DNA of 63,064 bases, counting the filler, from Sphacelaria rigidula (taxonomy: Eukaryota): NCBI GenBank assembly GCA_964200075.2. It is 11 parts of 11 records of this genome, joined end to end, with 100 filler letters (N's around TTAATTAATTAA, not from the genome) between each part and the next. Parts side by side here need not be neighbours in the genome. Positions count along the whole stretch, not along the records: positions 22,973 to 28,614 come from CAXNAA020025628.1; positions 28,715 to 34,356 come from CAXNAA020025629.1; positions 34,457 to 40,098 come from CAXNAA020025630.1; 8 more parts are not named here. One strand, given 5' to 3'. The translations under genes and the position numbers were made by a program. Under the pieces are notes generated by a model, which ran no database searches, was not told the DNA's origin, and saw only the letters and a program-made list of their open reading frames with translations. Positions 23,750 through 36,385 of the stretch are shown here, piece after piece (position 1 is the first letter of the stretch; each line of letters starts with the position of its first letter).

Positions 23750-26620
23750 CCAACCTGCAAAATGGAGCGACCTGTTTAACACCGACAGTGCCTATGTACT
23801 GACATACCATTTCCAGTGTTGCTGCAGCATGTTGACCCCCAGGAGACATGAAAGCTAGTCGCTTTAGCTCACTGGCTTGCCAATCGTTAACGGGTCCAGG
23901 AGGATGACGATTGGGGTCACCGGCTGAACGCAACCTCCTTCGGGCGATAGGCGGCCCTGTGGTCGGTGAATTGTCCTCCGTGGTGCTGTCCTCTAGCTGA
24001 GCTATACCGTCAAAAATATTTTTGTTGAAGTTGTTGTCGTCTTGTTCCTGATCAACTGCAGATACGTCGGGTTCCTGGATATCCAAAGTCGAAAACGCTT
24101 CACTGCTGCAAGGAGCTCCTGCTTCTTGTTCAATGAAAGTGACGTTTCTGGAACTGGATAGTTTTCCCGAATAGCGGTTGTAAATGCGATACGATGGACT
24201 ATCGGAATCATACCCTACTAGCATTGCTTCGCAAGGCATTTCTTCTCACTGTGATGACGCTCCCTGTGCACAAGCGCCCTCGAGCCGATTGTCCGCAAGG
24301 ATGATAGCTTCGGTTGTTTAAGAAACATTCGAAAATATGGTGTATCGCCGCCGATGCTAGTGTGCGGTAGGCGATTGATTAAAAAAACCGCAGTTGCAGC
24401 AAGTTCTCCCCAAAGAAATTTTGGCAAATTCGATTCGGTCAGGAGACCACGTGTAACGTTCAAGATGCTCCGCCCGTCTCTTCCACTGATGCCATTCTGC
24501 TGAGGAGTATATGGAGTGGTGAACTCTTGACGGATACCCATAGCCTTGCAGTATCTCTTGAAATAGTTCGCGATGCATTCACCCCCATGGTCTGACCGCA
24601 GACGGTGTACACGATGTCCTAAAGGAACAGCCAAATCTTGGATGAACCTGCAGAGCGTAGTTAGGGTCTCATATTTCGTTTTGATGAAGTAGACTGCCTT
24701 GAAACGCGAAAAGTGATCCGTAAATTTTGCCATGTAGCGGTAGCCGCCCTACGCTATGGGCGTAATCGGCCCTGGTAGGTTAGTTCTGACCACTTGCAAT
24801 GGTTCCGAAATATTCGTGGAGTCTACGGTCTTTGGGTGGTCCTGCTGTACACATTTGTTAAGCTTGCACGTTACACAAGGTGACAGTGACCCCTCAAAGT
24901 TCAGAAATATTCCGTGGACGGCGCGTGACCTGCTCCGTTGGATGTCCAAGTCGCCTATGCCAAGTATCTGCTCCTGTTGTCGGTTCTGCTTCCGCTGTGG
25001 AAGACATGGCTGCTGAAATTCCCGGCATGTCGTGCTGAATCGCTTCTGTAACAACGGCTGACCCGATGCCCATAAATTCTCCTGGCATAATTGTAGCTGT
25101 AAATGCTGAGCTGTTATGAATATTACCTGGTTTCCGAGAAACTATCACGCTGATGTACTGTAACGCTCCGTTGCTGTCACTGTTGATTAGCACTTTCAAC
25201 TTTCCGAGGTCTATATGGGACTTGTGAGAAATATGGTCGAAGCCCCTTTTGCAAGAGCTTGCACAGGGGAGAACAGATGCTTCCCCAGACCTGGGACAAT
25301 CACGGCTGGGAGCCGAACAGAACGCTGGTACCCCTCAGAGTCAATGACGACGGTGTTTGAAACTCCTTTTGCTGTACCGTGTAGTAGATGGCGTCTGGCT
25401 GTTAAAATAGCCATCGGGGGATCGAGTTTGACCAGCTCGATCATTTCACGTTCGATATCGGGTAGCAACTGATCATCCAGAAAGTGTCCAGTGCTGCCCC
25501 TATCCACTGTCAACTGAAAAGAAATTTGATCGAATGTATCAGTGACATGTGAACCAGAGAGAAAAGAAAACCCCGTACCGTTTGGCGGTAAAGATGGATC
25601 TATCACTGTCGCAGCTGTAGATGAAGAACTTTGTAGACCGTTGTTGTTCGATGGTGCGGTTGTAGACGTTGAATCGGCAACGACTGTGTTGGCTTGACGT
25701 TGATGTCCGTTGGAGTTGTTGCTGCCGATGTTGCTGTTGTGGTTGCTCCTACTGTTGTTGTTGCTGCTGTTGTCACGGTTGTTATTTCGATGGCGGGGTT
25801 TTCTGCGATGATGATGGTTATTGTTGTTGTTTCCAGCGTTGTTGGTTGCATTCCCGCGGTTCTGTTGAGATCTACAACCAGAATCGTCATGCTTGTCAGT
25901 ATGATGGAAACTGCACCATTTTACAGGCTTGTTTCCGCTATTTGACTGCATTTGGGAGCGACAGTCCCTGGCCTGATGCCCTGGTCTCCCGCAGGTGTAG
26001 CAATTTCGACGCAATTTCTGGGGTTGATTCAGAGATTTCGACAGTGATGTCACCAGCAGTGATGAATCGCGGCCGTGCGATTTCCCGGAGGTATATCTCC
26101 GCGCCATGCGATTAGCATACATATTTCGCATTGTTATCTCGATGCTCTAAATACTGAGATCTGGATCATGCTCCGCAATGTCCTTGATGAGGGCATACTC
26201 GCTTGATAGACCTTCCATCACTATATCAGTCAGTATTTCTTCGGAAATGGCCTCGCCAACGTTGTCCAGTTCATCCCGAAGCTGATACACTTTGCTCAAG
26301 AAGGTATCAGGGTCTTGCCCTGATTCTCTCATCAAGATCCTGATTCTCTGCTCCGAAGAATTTCGATAGTAGGAAATCAAAGGTTTCCATGCACGTTTGC
26401 CGTTTGGTCTCTCTGAACCCTTCGTATGGAAATGCAACGAACAACTCGCTGCAGGACAAGTCGTAGACTGATACAAGACGTGGAACGACTGTTGATTGCA
26501 TCGGTCCCAACTTTCAATCTCACGCGTGTTAGAAACCCGCCTTACATGTGACACCACGCTTGGAGAACGAGATTCTCGTGAAAAATGATGACTTTCTTCG
26601 GTAGGTCCAGTCCCATCCAC
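23750..26620 (-). pseudogene. Degenerate Ty1/Copia gag-pol (gag, zinc knuckle, protease, GAG-pre-integrase, integrase); RT not present
   Basis: CYTCGRPGHQARDC knuckle; VDRGSTGHF (DSG protease motif mutated); TWHRRLGHP; FTDHFSRF, LRSDHGGE, TPYTPQQNG integrase motifs; several frameshifts. Confidence 0.93.
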
Positions 26621-26748
26621 TGCTGCGATCGTCTCGTCCCCCGCGACTGCCTCCGCCGATGAGAAGTGCGGTCGAACGGACGACTGCTGGCGGGTGGTTT
26701 GTGAACGAGTTCTAACAGGGGTACGTTGTTTGTAGCTTCGTGACCCCG

Positions 26749-27004
26749 TGAGAGGATGGGGTACAGACTCGACTCAGATAGTCGATCAATGGACACGACT
26801 GCGATAGTCGATCAATGGACACGGCTGACCGCCGATCAAGATGAGGTAGAAATGTATATAAAGCTTTGTTGATGAAGAGGGAAGGAAAGGGGAGTGACTC
26901 CAGTAGGCACCAAAGTCTCAGGATGTGACGAGCACCACTCACGTACGTCCAGTCACTAACATCACAATGTAAAGTCATCCTGGATAGTACCCGGAACGCA
27001 AACA
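26749..27004 (-). mobile_element. Putative 5' LTR of the inner Copia element
   Basis: Minus strand begins TGTTTGCG where the outer gag is cut and ends ...CTCTCA before a PBS-like ggtcacgaagc; TATA-like tttatata inside. Confidence 0.5.
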
Positions 27005-27588
27005 GGTATCGCACGAAGTCATACTCGGGGGGTTATCGCCTCGAGGATGATGTCCTCGTAACGATCGTCGTGCATTTCATCCCCGAGACCCTCCAGACGC
27101 AGACGAATTTCGTCCACGTCTTGGAAGAAATATTCGGGGTCCTCGCCCGGTTTCATCGTGCGGCTAACCAGCTGAGCGTGAACTGCCCGCCTAGCCGCTT
27201 TGATCTTGCCGTTGAACTTCTCAACCAAGGCCTTCCATGCATCTTGCCCAACGCCGACCCGCGGGTCATCGAGATCTTCATCCTCTGTGTACAAGAACCG
27301 CCGGATGGTCGCAGCTGCAGGCCCGATCATGGAAAGGAACAACAGCGAAAACAGGTCGCTGTTCTTTTGGTTCCATTCGTGTCCTGCTGGTTCGTCAGTA
27401 GGCCTTCGTTAACCGTTGAGAACGGCGAAGATCGGCTTGTCCACGATAGAGATAGCTACTCGCAGCTGATCTTTCCATGCAATAAAGGTGTTCTTATCAT
27501 TCGAGAATATAGGTACCCGTTTGAATACGGCCGCTACGCGGTCGGAACTGGTGACGGTGTAATTCATCCTGTGGAGGGAAAATGAATC

Positions 27589-28351
27589 GCGCAACGCTGT
27601 ACGCTTCGAGGCTTATCAATGCTCGACGCGTAAGTGCGAATTCCTAGACTGTCCCGCCTTCCTGCGCGCACAGCTTTAAACTAGCTCGTACAGACTGCAG
27701 CTGGTGCAGGTTTCGTCTGCAGGGGTGATGAAGTACGCAACGCTGTATGCTTCGAGGCTTATCAATGCTCGACGCGCAAGTGCGAATTCCCTGACTGTGC
27801 CGCCTTCCTGCGCGCACAGCTTTAAACTAGCTCGTACAGACTGCAGCTGGTGCAGGTTTCGTCCGCAGGGATGATTAAGTACGCAGGGCTGTACGCTTCG
27901 AGGCTTATCAATGCTCGACGCGCAAGTGCGAATTCCCTGACTGTGCCGCCTTCCTGCGCGCACAGGTTTTCACTGTAGCTCGTACAGACTGCAGCTGGTG
28001 CAGGTTTTGTCTGCAGGGATGATGAACTACGCAACGCTGTATGCTTCGAGGCTTATCAGTGCTCGACGCGTAAGTGCGATATCCCAGACGGTGCCGCCTG
28101 TAATGCGTGAAAGGACCGCGTGCTTAGAGGACCGCATCTGAATTTGAACATCCCTATGGTTGGGGTTAGGGTTAGGGTTAGTGTTGGGGTTGGGGTCAGG
28201 GGCGTGGTTCCTGCAGGGACTGGCCCGATTGGATTTGAAAAACGTCGATCCTGGGGTGTTTTGGACAACGGCGCGGTCCTCCAAGCACACGGCCCTCTCA
28301 CGCATTACACCGCCTTCCTGCGCGCACATGTTTAAACTGTAGCTCGTACAG
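27589..28351. repeat. Four tandem 146-148-bp units in the Copia leader; the fourth is interrupted by a MITE
   Basis: Unit starts at 27591, 27737, 27883 and 28031. Confidence 0.92.
28099..28309. mobile_element. TGT..ACA telomere-repeat MITE, copy 2, with 5-bp TSD CCGCC
   Basis: gtgccgcc|TGTAATG...ATTACA|ccgccttcctg; empty site gtgccgccttcctg present in sister repeat units; internal (TTAGGG)n. Confidence 0.92.
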
Positions 28352-28967
28352 CGTGCCGCCTTGACTCCAGATACGTGGAGTACGATTCGCGGTCGTCTCA
28401 ACTCACTTGTAGTGTCTGCGTTGTCCCAGGTATTTAGCTCCCCTGTAGAACTCTGTAGAACTGATCGAAGGCGCCTCCCCGGCAAGCTCTCCTTCAGAAG
28501 CTCTCGGTATTTGCACCTCGCAGACAATCGGCTCTCATAAACCTGTTGAGGAATATGGTAGTCGTGGAGACCGTTGTACTCCTCTTGGCAGGTGACTGCA
28601 GAGGTTGGCGCAGGNNNNNNNNNNNNNNNNNNNNNNNNNNNNNNNNNNNNNNNNNNNNTTAATTAATTAANNNNNNNNNNNNNNNNNNNNNNNNNNNNNN
28701 NNNNNNNNNNNNNNTGGACACAATTCCGGGGAGCGGTGGATTCTCATTTCAAAATACGTTCTCATTTTTCTGGCAATCCTGTTTTAATTTGATTTTCTCT
28801 TGTCGTAAACGATGCTATCGCGATGCTAGTCCTGGACATTTCTGTCCATGGCGATAGCATCGCGATAGACGAAAAATGTCTTTCTTTCTATCGCGATAAC
28901 ATCGCTACACCCCTTTTAGGGTCAAATAGGCCTAAATGGACAGTTCCAGAATTTGTGGTATACTGGC

Positions 28968-30730
28968 GGGCTGAGCACCTCGAGAATACGTCCCGCAGAG
29001 TACACCCGGTTGACTGTCAGCAAAATAATGATACTTACTATTCTCGTTGTTGTGCGTACTTTTTATTGCTCACGTGAACACCCTGTTTCGTTCAATAGCG
29101 ACCCTACTGCGGGCTTCGCAGAGGATACGCTGAACAGTCATAACCATGCCCCCACCTTGTCACATTACGATGGGCAAAAAGGCCGGAAAGCTCATCAACC
29201 AAGAATTTGTAGCCCGCTGCTGGTTGCCCCGCAGACTCAAGGGATTCAACGATGCGTGCAGGGCGCGAACGCTCGTGTGCGGGAGATCAGCACGATCCGA
29301 AAATATGTGAAACGTCTTGTCGGGGCACACACGCTCGCACGTCATCATGTGGCGTCGTCATATGGAGGACCGGGGCGTAGCAAGACTTGCTGTTGAAGGA
29401 TCGGGGCGGATAATAAATTGCAGGATTTAAGTATGGACACCGAGTTTCCGTTCTTGAGCCAGGCTGACAGTCCTGAGTGCTTCGTACCGTACGCAGAAGG
29501 TGTTTTTGTCCGGACTCCATGGCGCGGATTTGAGGTCTTGCCGACGCGCACTTTCCGCACGGATTCTTCGCACCCCCCTCACCCGAGGGTTCTCGATATG
29601 CCTGGGGTTGGTGCTACCAGCAGATTTACCAGCAGTGTGCGTGCAGCATGGTCGGGTTGACAAACACATATACGGCGATATCGTCGAATTTGCACTGTTT
29701 ACACAAGGCGACCACACGCGCGATCATGACCTGATTATATGCGGTACCCACGTCTTTGAAACCATCCATAACGTACAATGACCTAAGAGACGCTTTCAAA
29801 TGCGGATAATAAGTACCAGCGGCCACCCGTGCTTTTTTTTTTGGGATGTACTCGTTTGTTGCTTGCCTTCGTCGTTCGATCATTGACCATGAATCCCTTT
29901 CGAGACGGAGCATGGAGGATAAATAGACCGAGGTGAATGATTGTCAGTTCGATGAAGGGCCGGCTGAACTGCCGCCCTGCTGCATAACACCATACGGAAG
30001 GGGCACTGACATCGTTCCTCTGCTGTGTAGCACGTTGAGCTTTCTGTCCTCGACAATCTGAAATCTGGAGTTACATTTACCCGACTGTTCATCCGATTAT
30101 GCGTAATACACTCCGTACTTTTCTGGATTCCGGTCGGTAACGGTTCGTCTCGACCCTCAAACCGCAGCTCCTGCTCGATGCTCCTATCCTCAACATGATG
30201 ACGCCACATGATGACTTTGGGGCGTGTGTGCCCCGGCAAGAATGTTTGCATATTTTTGGATCGTTCTGATCCCAAGTACGCAAGTATTCGCGCCAGGCAC
30301 GCATCGTCGGATCTTTTCGGCCTGCTGGGCCTCCTGGGCAATCAGCAGCGGGTTACAATTTCTCGGTTGCTGGGCTTTTGGACTTTTTCGGCGGTGCGTA
30401 TTTTGACAAAATGAGCACGCTTGCGACTGTTGGGCGTATCCTCTGCGTAGCCCGCGGAAGGATTACCTTTGAATGACACAAGACACATACGTGAGCATAA
30501 AGAGTGTGCGCAGAAAAATGGGTATGGTACGAATAGTTGTTTTGCTGAGAGTCGGGTGTATCCTGCTGTTTTTGTAGACAAAATCGGGTGCTCTAACAGG
30601 TTCTTATTTTCCTCGCCCTAGTTAAGCCTGTTGTCATGCGTAAAAAAGGAAGGGGTTGGATATGCTGCCCAAGCACGTTGGGCATGGGGATGAGGCGCTG
30701 GAACGTGTTTTGGAGGTGCTCAGCCCGTGC
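28968..30730. mobile_element. Foldback-like structure with long diverged inverted arms (~28968-29345 vs ~30200-30730)
   Basis: gcgggcttcgcagaggatacgc / gcgtatcctctgcgtagcccgc; ggggcacacacgc / gcgtgtgtgcccc; gggctgagcacctc / gaggtgctcagccc. Confidence 0.7.
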
Positions 30731-31032
30731 GCAGCGAAGCGCCGCACCGCGAGCCGGAAAGTGTACTGCCCTGCGTCGTTCCTGAAACCATCGGACATAC
30801 TGTTTTCTGGGTATCCCCTTTTTTTTCAGATCGTGTTTTTCCACGCTTGCTTTTCGTGCCGATTGGGAACCACCGTAATATATCTGCCGTCGGATACAGA
30901 CCACACGATACATTCAATGCCGGTGATCACGAGTCGAGTTCACCATGGTATTCAGGAACCATCCATCTCATGCCTTCGCCGCTCTCCTGCGTCGTTCTAT
31001 TTTTTTCTTATTTCTCAGTGCTTCTCGCTCAC

Positions 31033-31167
31033 CTGTCCGACGACCGAGTCGTAATCATCTGGGGGACACAGTTTGGGCGGAAGAGATCCCTCAGTCGTGA
31101 AGAACGGTTTGCCCACAGCTACGCTCGCCATGAACATGCACCTCACTCGCCGGCCATCTTTGTCCAC
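31033..31167 (-). CDS. PARP-like catalytic domain exon C (VDKDGRRVRCMFMASVAVGKPFFTTEGSLPPKLCPPDDYDSVVGQ)
   Basis: Not in the ORF track; TAG acceptor and GTGAGC donor, phase 0; MF...V..GK and YDSV.G motifs. Confidence 0.82.
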
Positions 31168-31922
31168 CTATCCAAACAACAAAAGGAGCAGCCCGGAGTG
31201 AGCGTGGGGGTAGGCGGGACTGCTAGTTTCGACACCGTGCGGAGACGTAGCTGAAGACGTGAGTTCGTGGGGACTATTGTAATCAAGATAAGAAGTACAT
31301 GGCTTTGCCCTTCACCATGTTACTCGAGTCCAAGAGGAGCAACCCCCGCCTTGATGTCTTCGGCTCAGCCAAAAGGAACAACACGCGCCGTGATTTCTTC
31401 CGCTCAGGCTTAGCCGCGAGGACATGAAACTTTCCAACATCGGTAGTCAGTCGTAGTACCTTTGCGTTTCTGGTACAATTGAAAGTAGTACATGATTCGA
31501 GGTCGAACAAGGTTTTCGAGTGAAATTGTGGGACGTTCAGAGACCAAACGCCCATTTCTAGGTGACTGACAATCAACACCACCTACTTGAAGGTGGATAC
31601 ACGGGCAGTACGCCGAGTGAGATCACAGGGCCGTGCGGACAAGGGATCTTTACGCGAAAAAGGAAGAGCGCGGCGGAACAAGGCAAGATGAGGTGATACA
31701 AGGAAGAAAGCTTGACGAAAATGGCATGAGCGAATTATGTCCCTCGACTGCAAACAGCTTGGGATCGTCCTGCTAGCGGAGCATCTGTAGATGAAGATCA
31801 AGGAACTAAAACTCGTATTGGAAGGCATGCATGGACTCCCTGAATAACGACCACATGTAGGTCAAAGCGTTAGAGGCAAAGCGCGGATGGAAAGGGGAAA
31901 ACACCAACTTGGAACAACGAAC

Positions 31923-32102
31923 CTTTTCGGAACCGATCGCGTAGTCGTTGGCCTTGCCAGACACGCTACTGAAGTACAGCCCTTCCCCGAACCGCAGGTT
32001 AAACGCAGTCCGCTTGGCCGTGCGACCCGCGAACCCATCGACCTTGAAACCATGCGTGCAGATGTTGCACACGACACACGCTTGCTCACTACAAGGGCCG
32101 CC
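31923..32102 (-). CDS. PARP-like catalytic domain exon B (C..CNIC..GF...RFGEGLYFSSVSGKANDY)
   Basis: CAG/GT boundaries, phase 0, 60 codons; FG.G.YF....K...Y motif. Confidence 0.85.
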
Positions 32103-33782
32103 CTGGATAAAGAGACACGTTACGGTACACGTGTGTGGGTACGGATGAAAGACGGCATGGTACGCGTACGAGGTGTCCATATCACGGGTACCCTAGAATA
32201 CTCAGTATCATGATATTTTTCGTCAGCCAACACCTCAAGCACCTTACAGTACTTTGGAATTTTCAGTATTTACGGCAGTCAGTATTTCAGGTACCCTACA
32301 GAACGACAAATACCCTCGACACACGGCGCATTTAGAGCACGATGACCTACTCCAACCACTAGGTGTGAAGGGAGTCAGTTCCGTGGGATCGGAGTATGTT
32401 TCCTAGGGCGATGACGAAACCCGATCTCGAAGGTGTTTCATTGATTTTTGAAGCCCCGTCCTGCGAAAAGACCCCGTTTCACTAAAAAGTATCTCGACAG
32501 TATATTTTCAATGACACGACTGCTCTCGGCGATGGCTACTCCCATTTGGATCGCGTTTTGCTGAAAGAGCTCGATGAGATGTTCCCGATGGCGCAGCTTC
32601 CGGTCGCCCTGCCCGGCCGGTTCCTCACGACCCCCCTAGCGTCAACTGATGAAGCAACATGGCGGGGTGGTGCTCAAGAGGCCCCCTGCCTTGCTCTGGG
32701 GACCCGCTGGAGGGGAGAAAAAGACGCAAAATGGCCTTGCGTCTCTCCAAAACGGCGTTGACTTCTAGGCCATGAGTAACGGTACTCCAAAGAACGGCAC
32801 TCGGACAACGCAGACGGTGCAAGCAAAGGCAAGCGATTACAACGGCAACTCGAAAACGTCGCAGAAGGGGCTGCGCTTGTATCCGGATTCGGTCCCAGCG
32901 TTCAGCGATTCATCGCCCGGGAGAAAACATCGGCCGCACTAGACTACGTGGAACAGTATGTCGCCTCTTTTAAGGGGCATGCGCTACTTCAGACAGATTT
33001 ATTGTCACGTCCATCCACCGGTCTCCAATGGACACTCAACACCCGCACAATGAAGCAAAGCACAAAAAAACCGCGACGAGATTTTCATTTATGGTGAGAT
33101 TTTTTCGAATATTTTGGTTCGATCTTGGATTCACCACAACTGCTCGAGCTACGCGCTGATGATGATCCATCATCAGCACAGCAGAATAGAGTAGCGTATA
33201 GCATGGGAGAGCACTGAACAGCGCAGTGCCAACCGCTCATGGTACTTTAAGCCTAAATAACGAAAATACCTCGTAGTTATGTATGACGACTAGTGCTGGG
33301 AAAAAATAGCCGGTAAACTCAGAGCGCTGCCGGGATACATCCAGTGACAGCAGTGCCAGTTGAATGAAACCAACAGCCTAAACAGGAAGACGGGTCATAG
33401 GTATAGTTTTGAGATGAATACCGACTGCGTTAGAGTTTCCAGCGGGACTCTAGCGCTCAGCTTGCGGTCGAACTCGTGTAATGCACCGCTATCCCAACCT
33501 AGCTTGGCCGCAAAGTTAGATAAGAGGAAAACGTTGGATGAGCGGACGACGTGGGGGTACTCAAGAACACAGTCCCCAATACACACGCGGGTGCACACAA
33601 ACAAGAAACAGCTTCGCCCACGAAGAAAAAATCAAACCGACGTGAGTTCGTCGAACAGTACAAGTACTGTATTCTAAACCAGAACCGAATGGTGTCAGAT
33701 GCAAACTGCGCTGGAAACACCAACAACAGCTGCACTGGAATACAGACATGTTAAAAAACGCAAACGTGAAATGGAATCTCAC

Positions 33783-33889
33783 CACAAGGTCGAAGAAGAA
33801 GTTGCAGGCGCTGGAGCAAGAAGTACCATGAAAGCGGCGACGAACGTTACCCACAAGCGCTTTATAGGTTTTAGTCTTCTCCCGGATGT
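33783..33889 (-). CDS. PARP-like catalytic domain exon A (YKALVGNVRRRFHGTSCSSACNFFFDLV)
   Basis: CAG acceptor, GTGAGA donor in phase 0; FHGT motif. Confidence 0.82.
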
Positions 33890-34583
33890 CTGCAGGCACC
33901 TTTTGTTGGGTTGGGGGCGTTTTATGTTACCGGTAGTGCTGCCCGGATTCCGTCAGCTTCCATTTGGAAAACGCGGAAGTTTGAATGAGTCACCGAAAAC
34001 AAAAAACGTGCTAGCCCGAGATACACGTCAGGAAGACGTACCCAATGTGCTACGGCGGTGCCTGTTACACACAGCCGCCCATCCCCTCTCATTTCCCAAG
34101 TATCATTGAGTACAACCCCCTCCCACCCCCCTTCCAAGTTCATGTTTTCTGTCGGTCACGAGTCATGCTACGATAGGGGGGGGGGGTATTTTGGACCGTT
34201 TTCTCCTACGAAATTTGACGTGGAATCGTCGTTGATAGCAGCAGCAGTTATTGACACGCGCTTACTTCCGGTAAATAACGCTCATCCATACTACTTGACA
34301 CCGCGTTTACCCAAATACAAGCGCACCGCGAGTGTGTGATGCCGTCTGGAGCATGTNNNNNNNNNNNNNNNNNNNNNNNNNNNNNNNNNNNNNNNNNNNN
34401 TTAATTAATTAANNNNNNNNNNNNNNNNNNNNNNNNNNNNNNNNNNNNNNNNNNNNGGTCCGGTGAAAACCCGGCGTGCTCCGTCCTGGCTTTGTAGGGA
34501 TGCGAGGTCAATGGTCTGCTGACTATGGCAAGCATGATCATGAGTACACCCTCCCCTCCCCCTCTTCCCTGCCCCTTATTCAT

Positions 34584-34758
34584 TCTGAAACGAGTCAGAC
34601 GACGTACGTGATGTGGATGGGCGCTGGAGACTTCAGTGGCAACGATACGTTCGGCCTTTCAGGCATAGCGACCAGTCGATACCCGGACGGGCCATTCGAT
34701 TTCAGAAGAACGTTTTATCCGGACGGGAACAAAACTCATGATCAAACCGTATTCACCG
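34584..34758 (+). CDS. Exon fragment of a GH43-like beta-propeller glycoside hydrolase; boundaries approximate
   Basis: TYVMWMG...GIATSRYPDGPFDFRRTFYPDGNKTHDQTVF resembles GH43 YVMW...A.S..P.GPF......P.G....D.T.F; GTGAGG donor at 34759. Confidence 0.62.
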
Positions 34759-36385
34759 GTGAGGATGACAAATGGCAACAATACAGCAAAAAATGGAAAT
34801 ATGTATAATCATGTTTGATCGTCAAATTATTTTTTACGTTGCGTATTTGTTATCTTATTGCAAGGTTGTTTCAACTGGCGATCGTTACGTTGAAAATCCT
34901 CAGAAGCCTTTTTCCCGCTGTTTGAATAGTGCGTGCTGCTTCTGTGGAGTGTGTTTCACCTGGCCCGGCATTTTACTTCTCAACAGTCATTTGCACAGCT
35001 CGAGCCGTATGGTGTGTTGTTGCACTAATGCCTGTTGATAAGAAATGAATAATAAATCTCGTGTTATTGTTCGACTTTTTCCTTTTTTTACGCTAAAAAG
35101 GGTGACCAACCTCCGCACCGCCCATCGCTTGTTGCTCTAGTTATCTTTGGTCGAGACCAACAGCCTATGGCTCTTGTAGGGGAACAAAGATAGGAGCCAA
35201 ACAACTATCACTGCAGAAAATATCGTTTCTCATATTCTTGTGATTCCCTTTTCTGTCGGTGTGCCTTTCTTAGCAGATCTGAAGTTTTATTTTCCACCCC
35301 GTTGAACTCGGGGAAGCTGCTTCTCATGTTTTTGTTGGCGCATCTCTTCTTATTTTCATTTTGATCATATTTGAGTTGATTGCGTTTGTTCATGAAATCA
35401 GGCTGGAGTCTCTGAAAAGTGATGGAGAACTCCATGTCTTGTAAGGAATAGCAGGGACGGTATTGGAAAGACAAGCCTACGTCTATGACCACGGATTCGA
35501 GAGATCGGACTATTGTGCGGGAATAATAATGATATCCGATCGGATGTTTTTACTGGTTTGTTTCATGCCGTACGTTGAACGCCGCCGATCAACCCTCGGG
35601 ATGAATTCCTACGCAGTCTCCAGCGAGAAATCATTTTTTCTCGCGGTTCTCGCCGGAAACTGTAATTTCGAGTATTGAACCCACACTTCTGCACCCCATC
35701 AACATTCCTGGAAATTGTATTTTTTTCCTATTCACGACTTCACGTTTTTGACCACCTGAACCAGAGTCTGCAGGGGGAAAGAATCACGATTCATGTGTGC
35801 CGGGTTTCGAACCCACAACAGTCGCAACACTAAAGGTTGGCGCTCTAGTTAGTTTGATCACGGGGGCACGGCGGCTGTCTTTTTTGGCACTTTGTTGATA
35901 TATTTTGCCTCTCTCCCAAGCAACGAGTGCATTGATGCTACAAGTATCTTTGCTATTATACGTGCACGTTGTGTTTATTTGCCCTTCAAAAGGCGCGAAA
36001 AATGAACGATAATGCTTGGACGAGGTCAATTTTCAATATTCGTTGAGAACTGCTAGCTGCTACGGTGGAGACAAGTTGCGCGCAGTTTCCTGGCTGGCCG
36101 AAATTTCCTCCGCTCCAAAGGACCGTGGATGACGTCAGACATCAACCGGGAGAAATTGACTAATCATATTTCAACACAGTTTTTTTTTTCAGCCACTCAG
36201 AAATTGCGTGACAATTTGAGCTCTTGCGGCATGTTGCTCATGGGTTGAAATTTATTCGGTTGTAGGGTGGTGAGTCCTCGACGGACACGTACGGGATTTC
36301 CCCTCTTTCATGCTGGCAGTATCCATATGAGTAACTTTTCGAAAGTGAGATTCTCGAATTGATTAATTTACCCTGGGGAAGTCTG

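Larger units (their letters stand above)
27005..28614 (-). mobile_element. Outer Copia element: LTR end, PBS (~28530-28543), tandem-repeat leader and truncated gag (27594-27005)
   Basis: ...ctcaaca|ggtttatgagagcc; gag motifs GQDAWKALVEKF, MKPGEDPEYFF, EDIILEAITPEYD (after a frameshift). Confidence 0.8.

Noticed and set aside
31283..31582. ORF with RRVLFLL...VKGK as the next PARP exon
   Set aside because: 31167-31033 has better splice sites and canonical motifs
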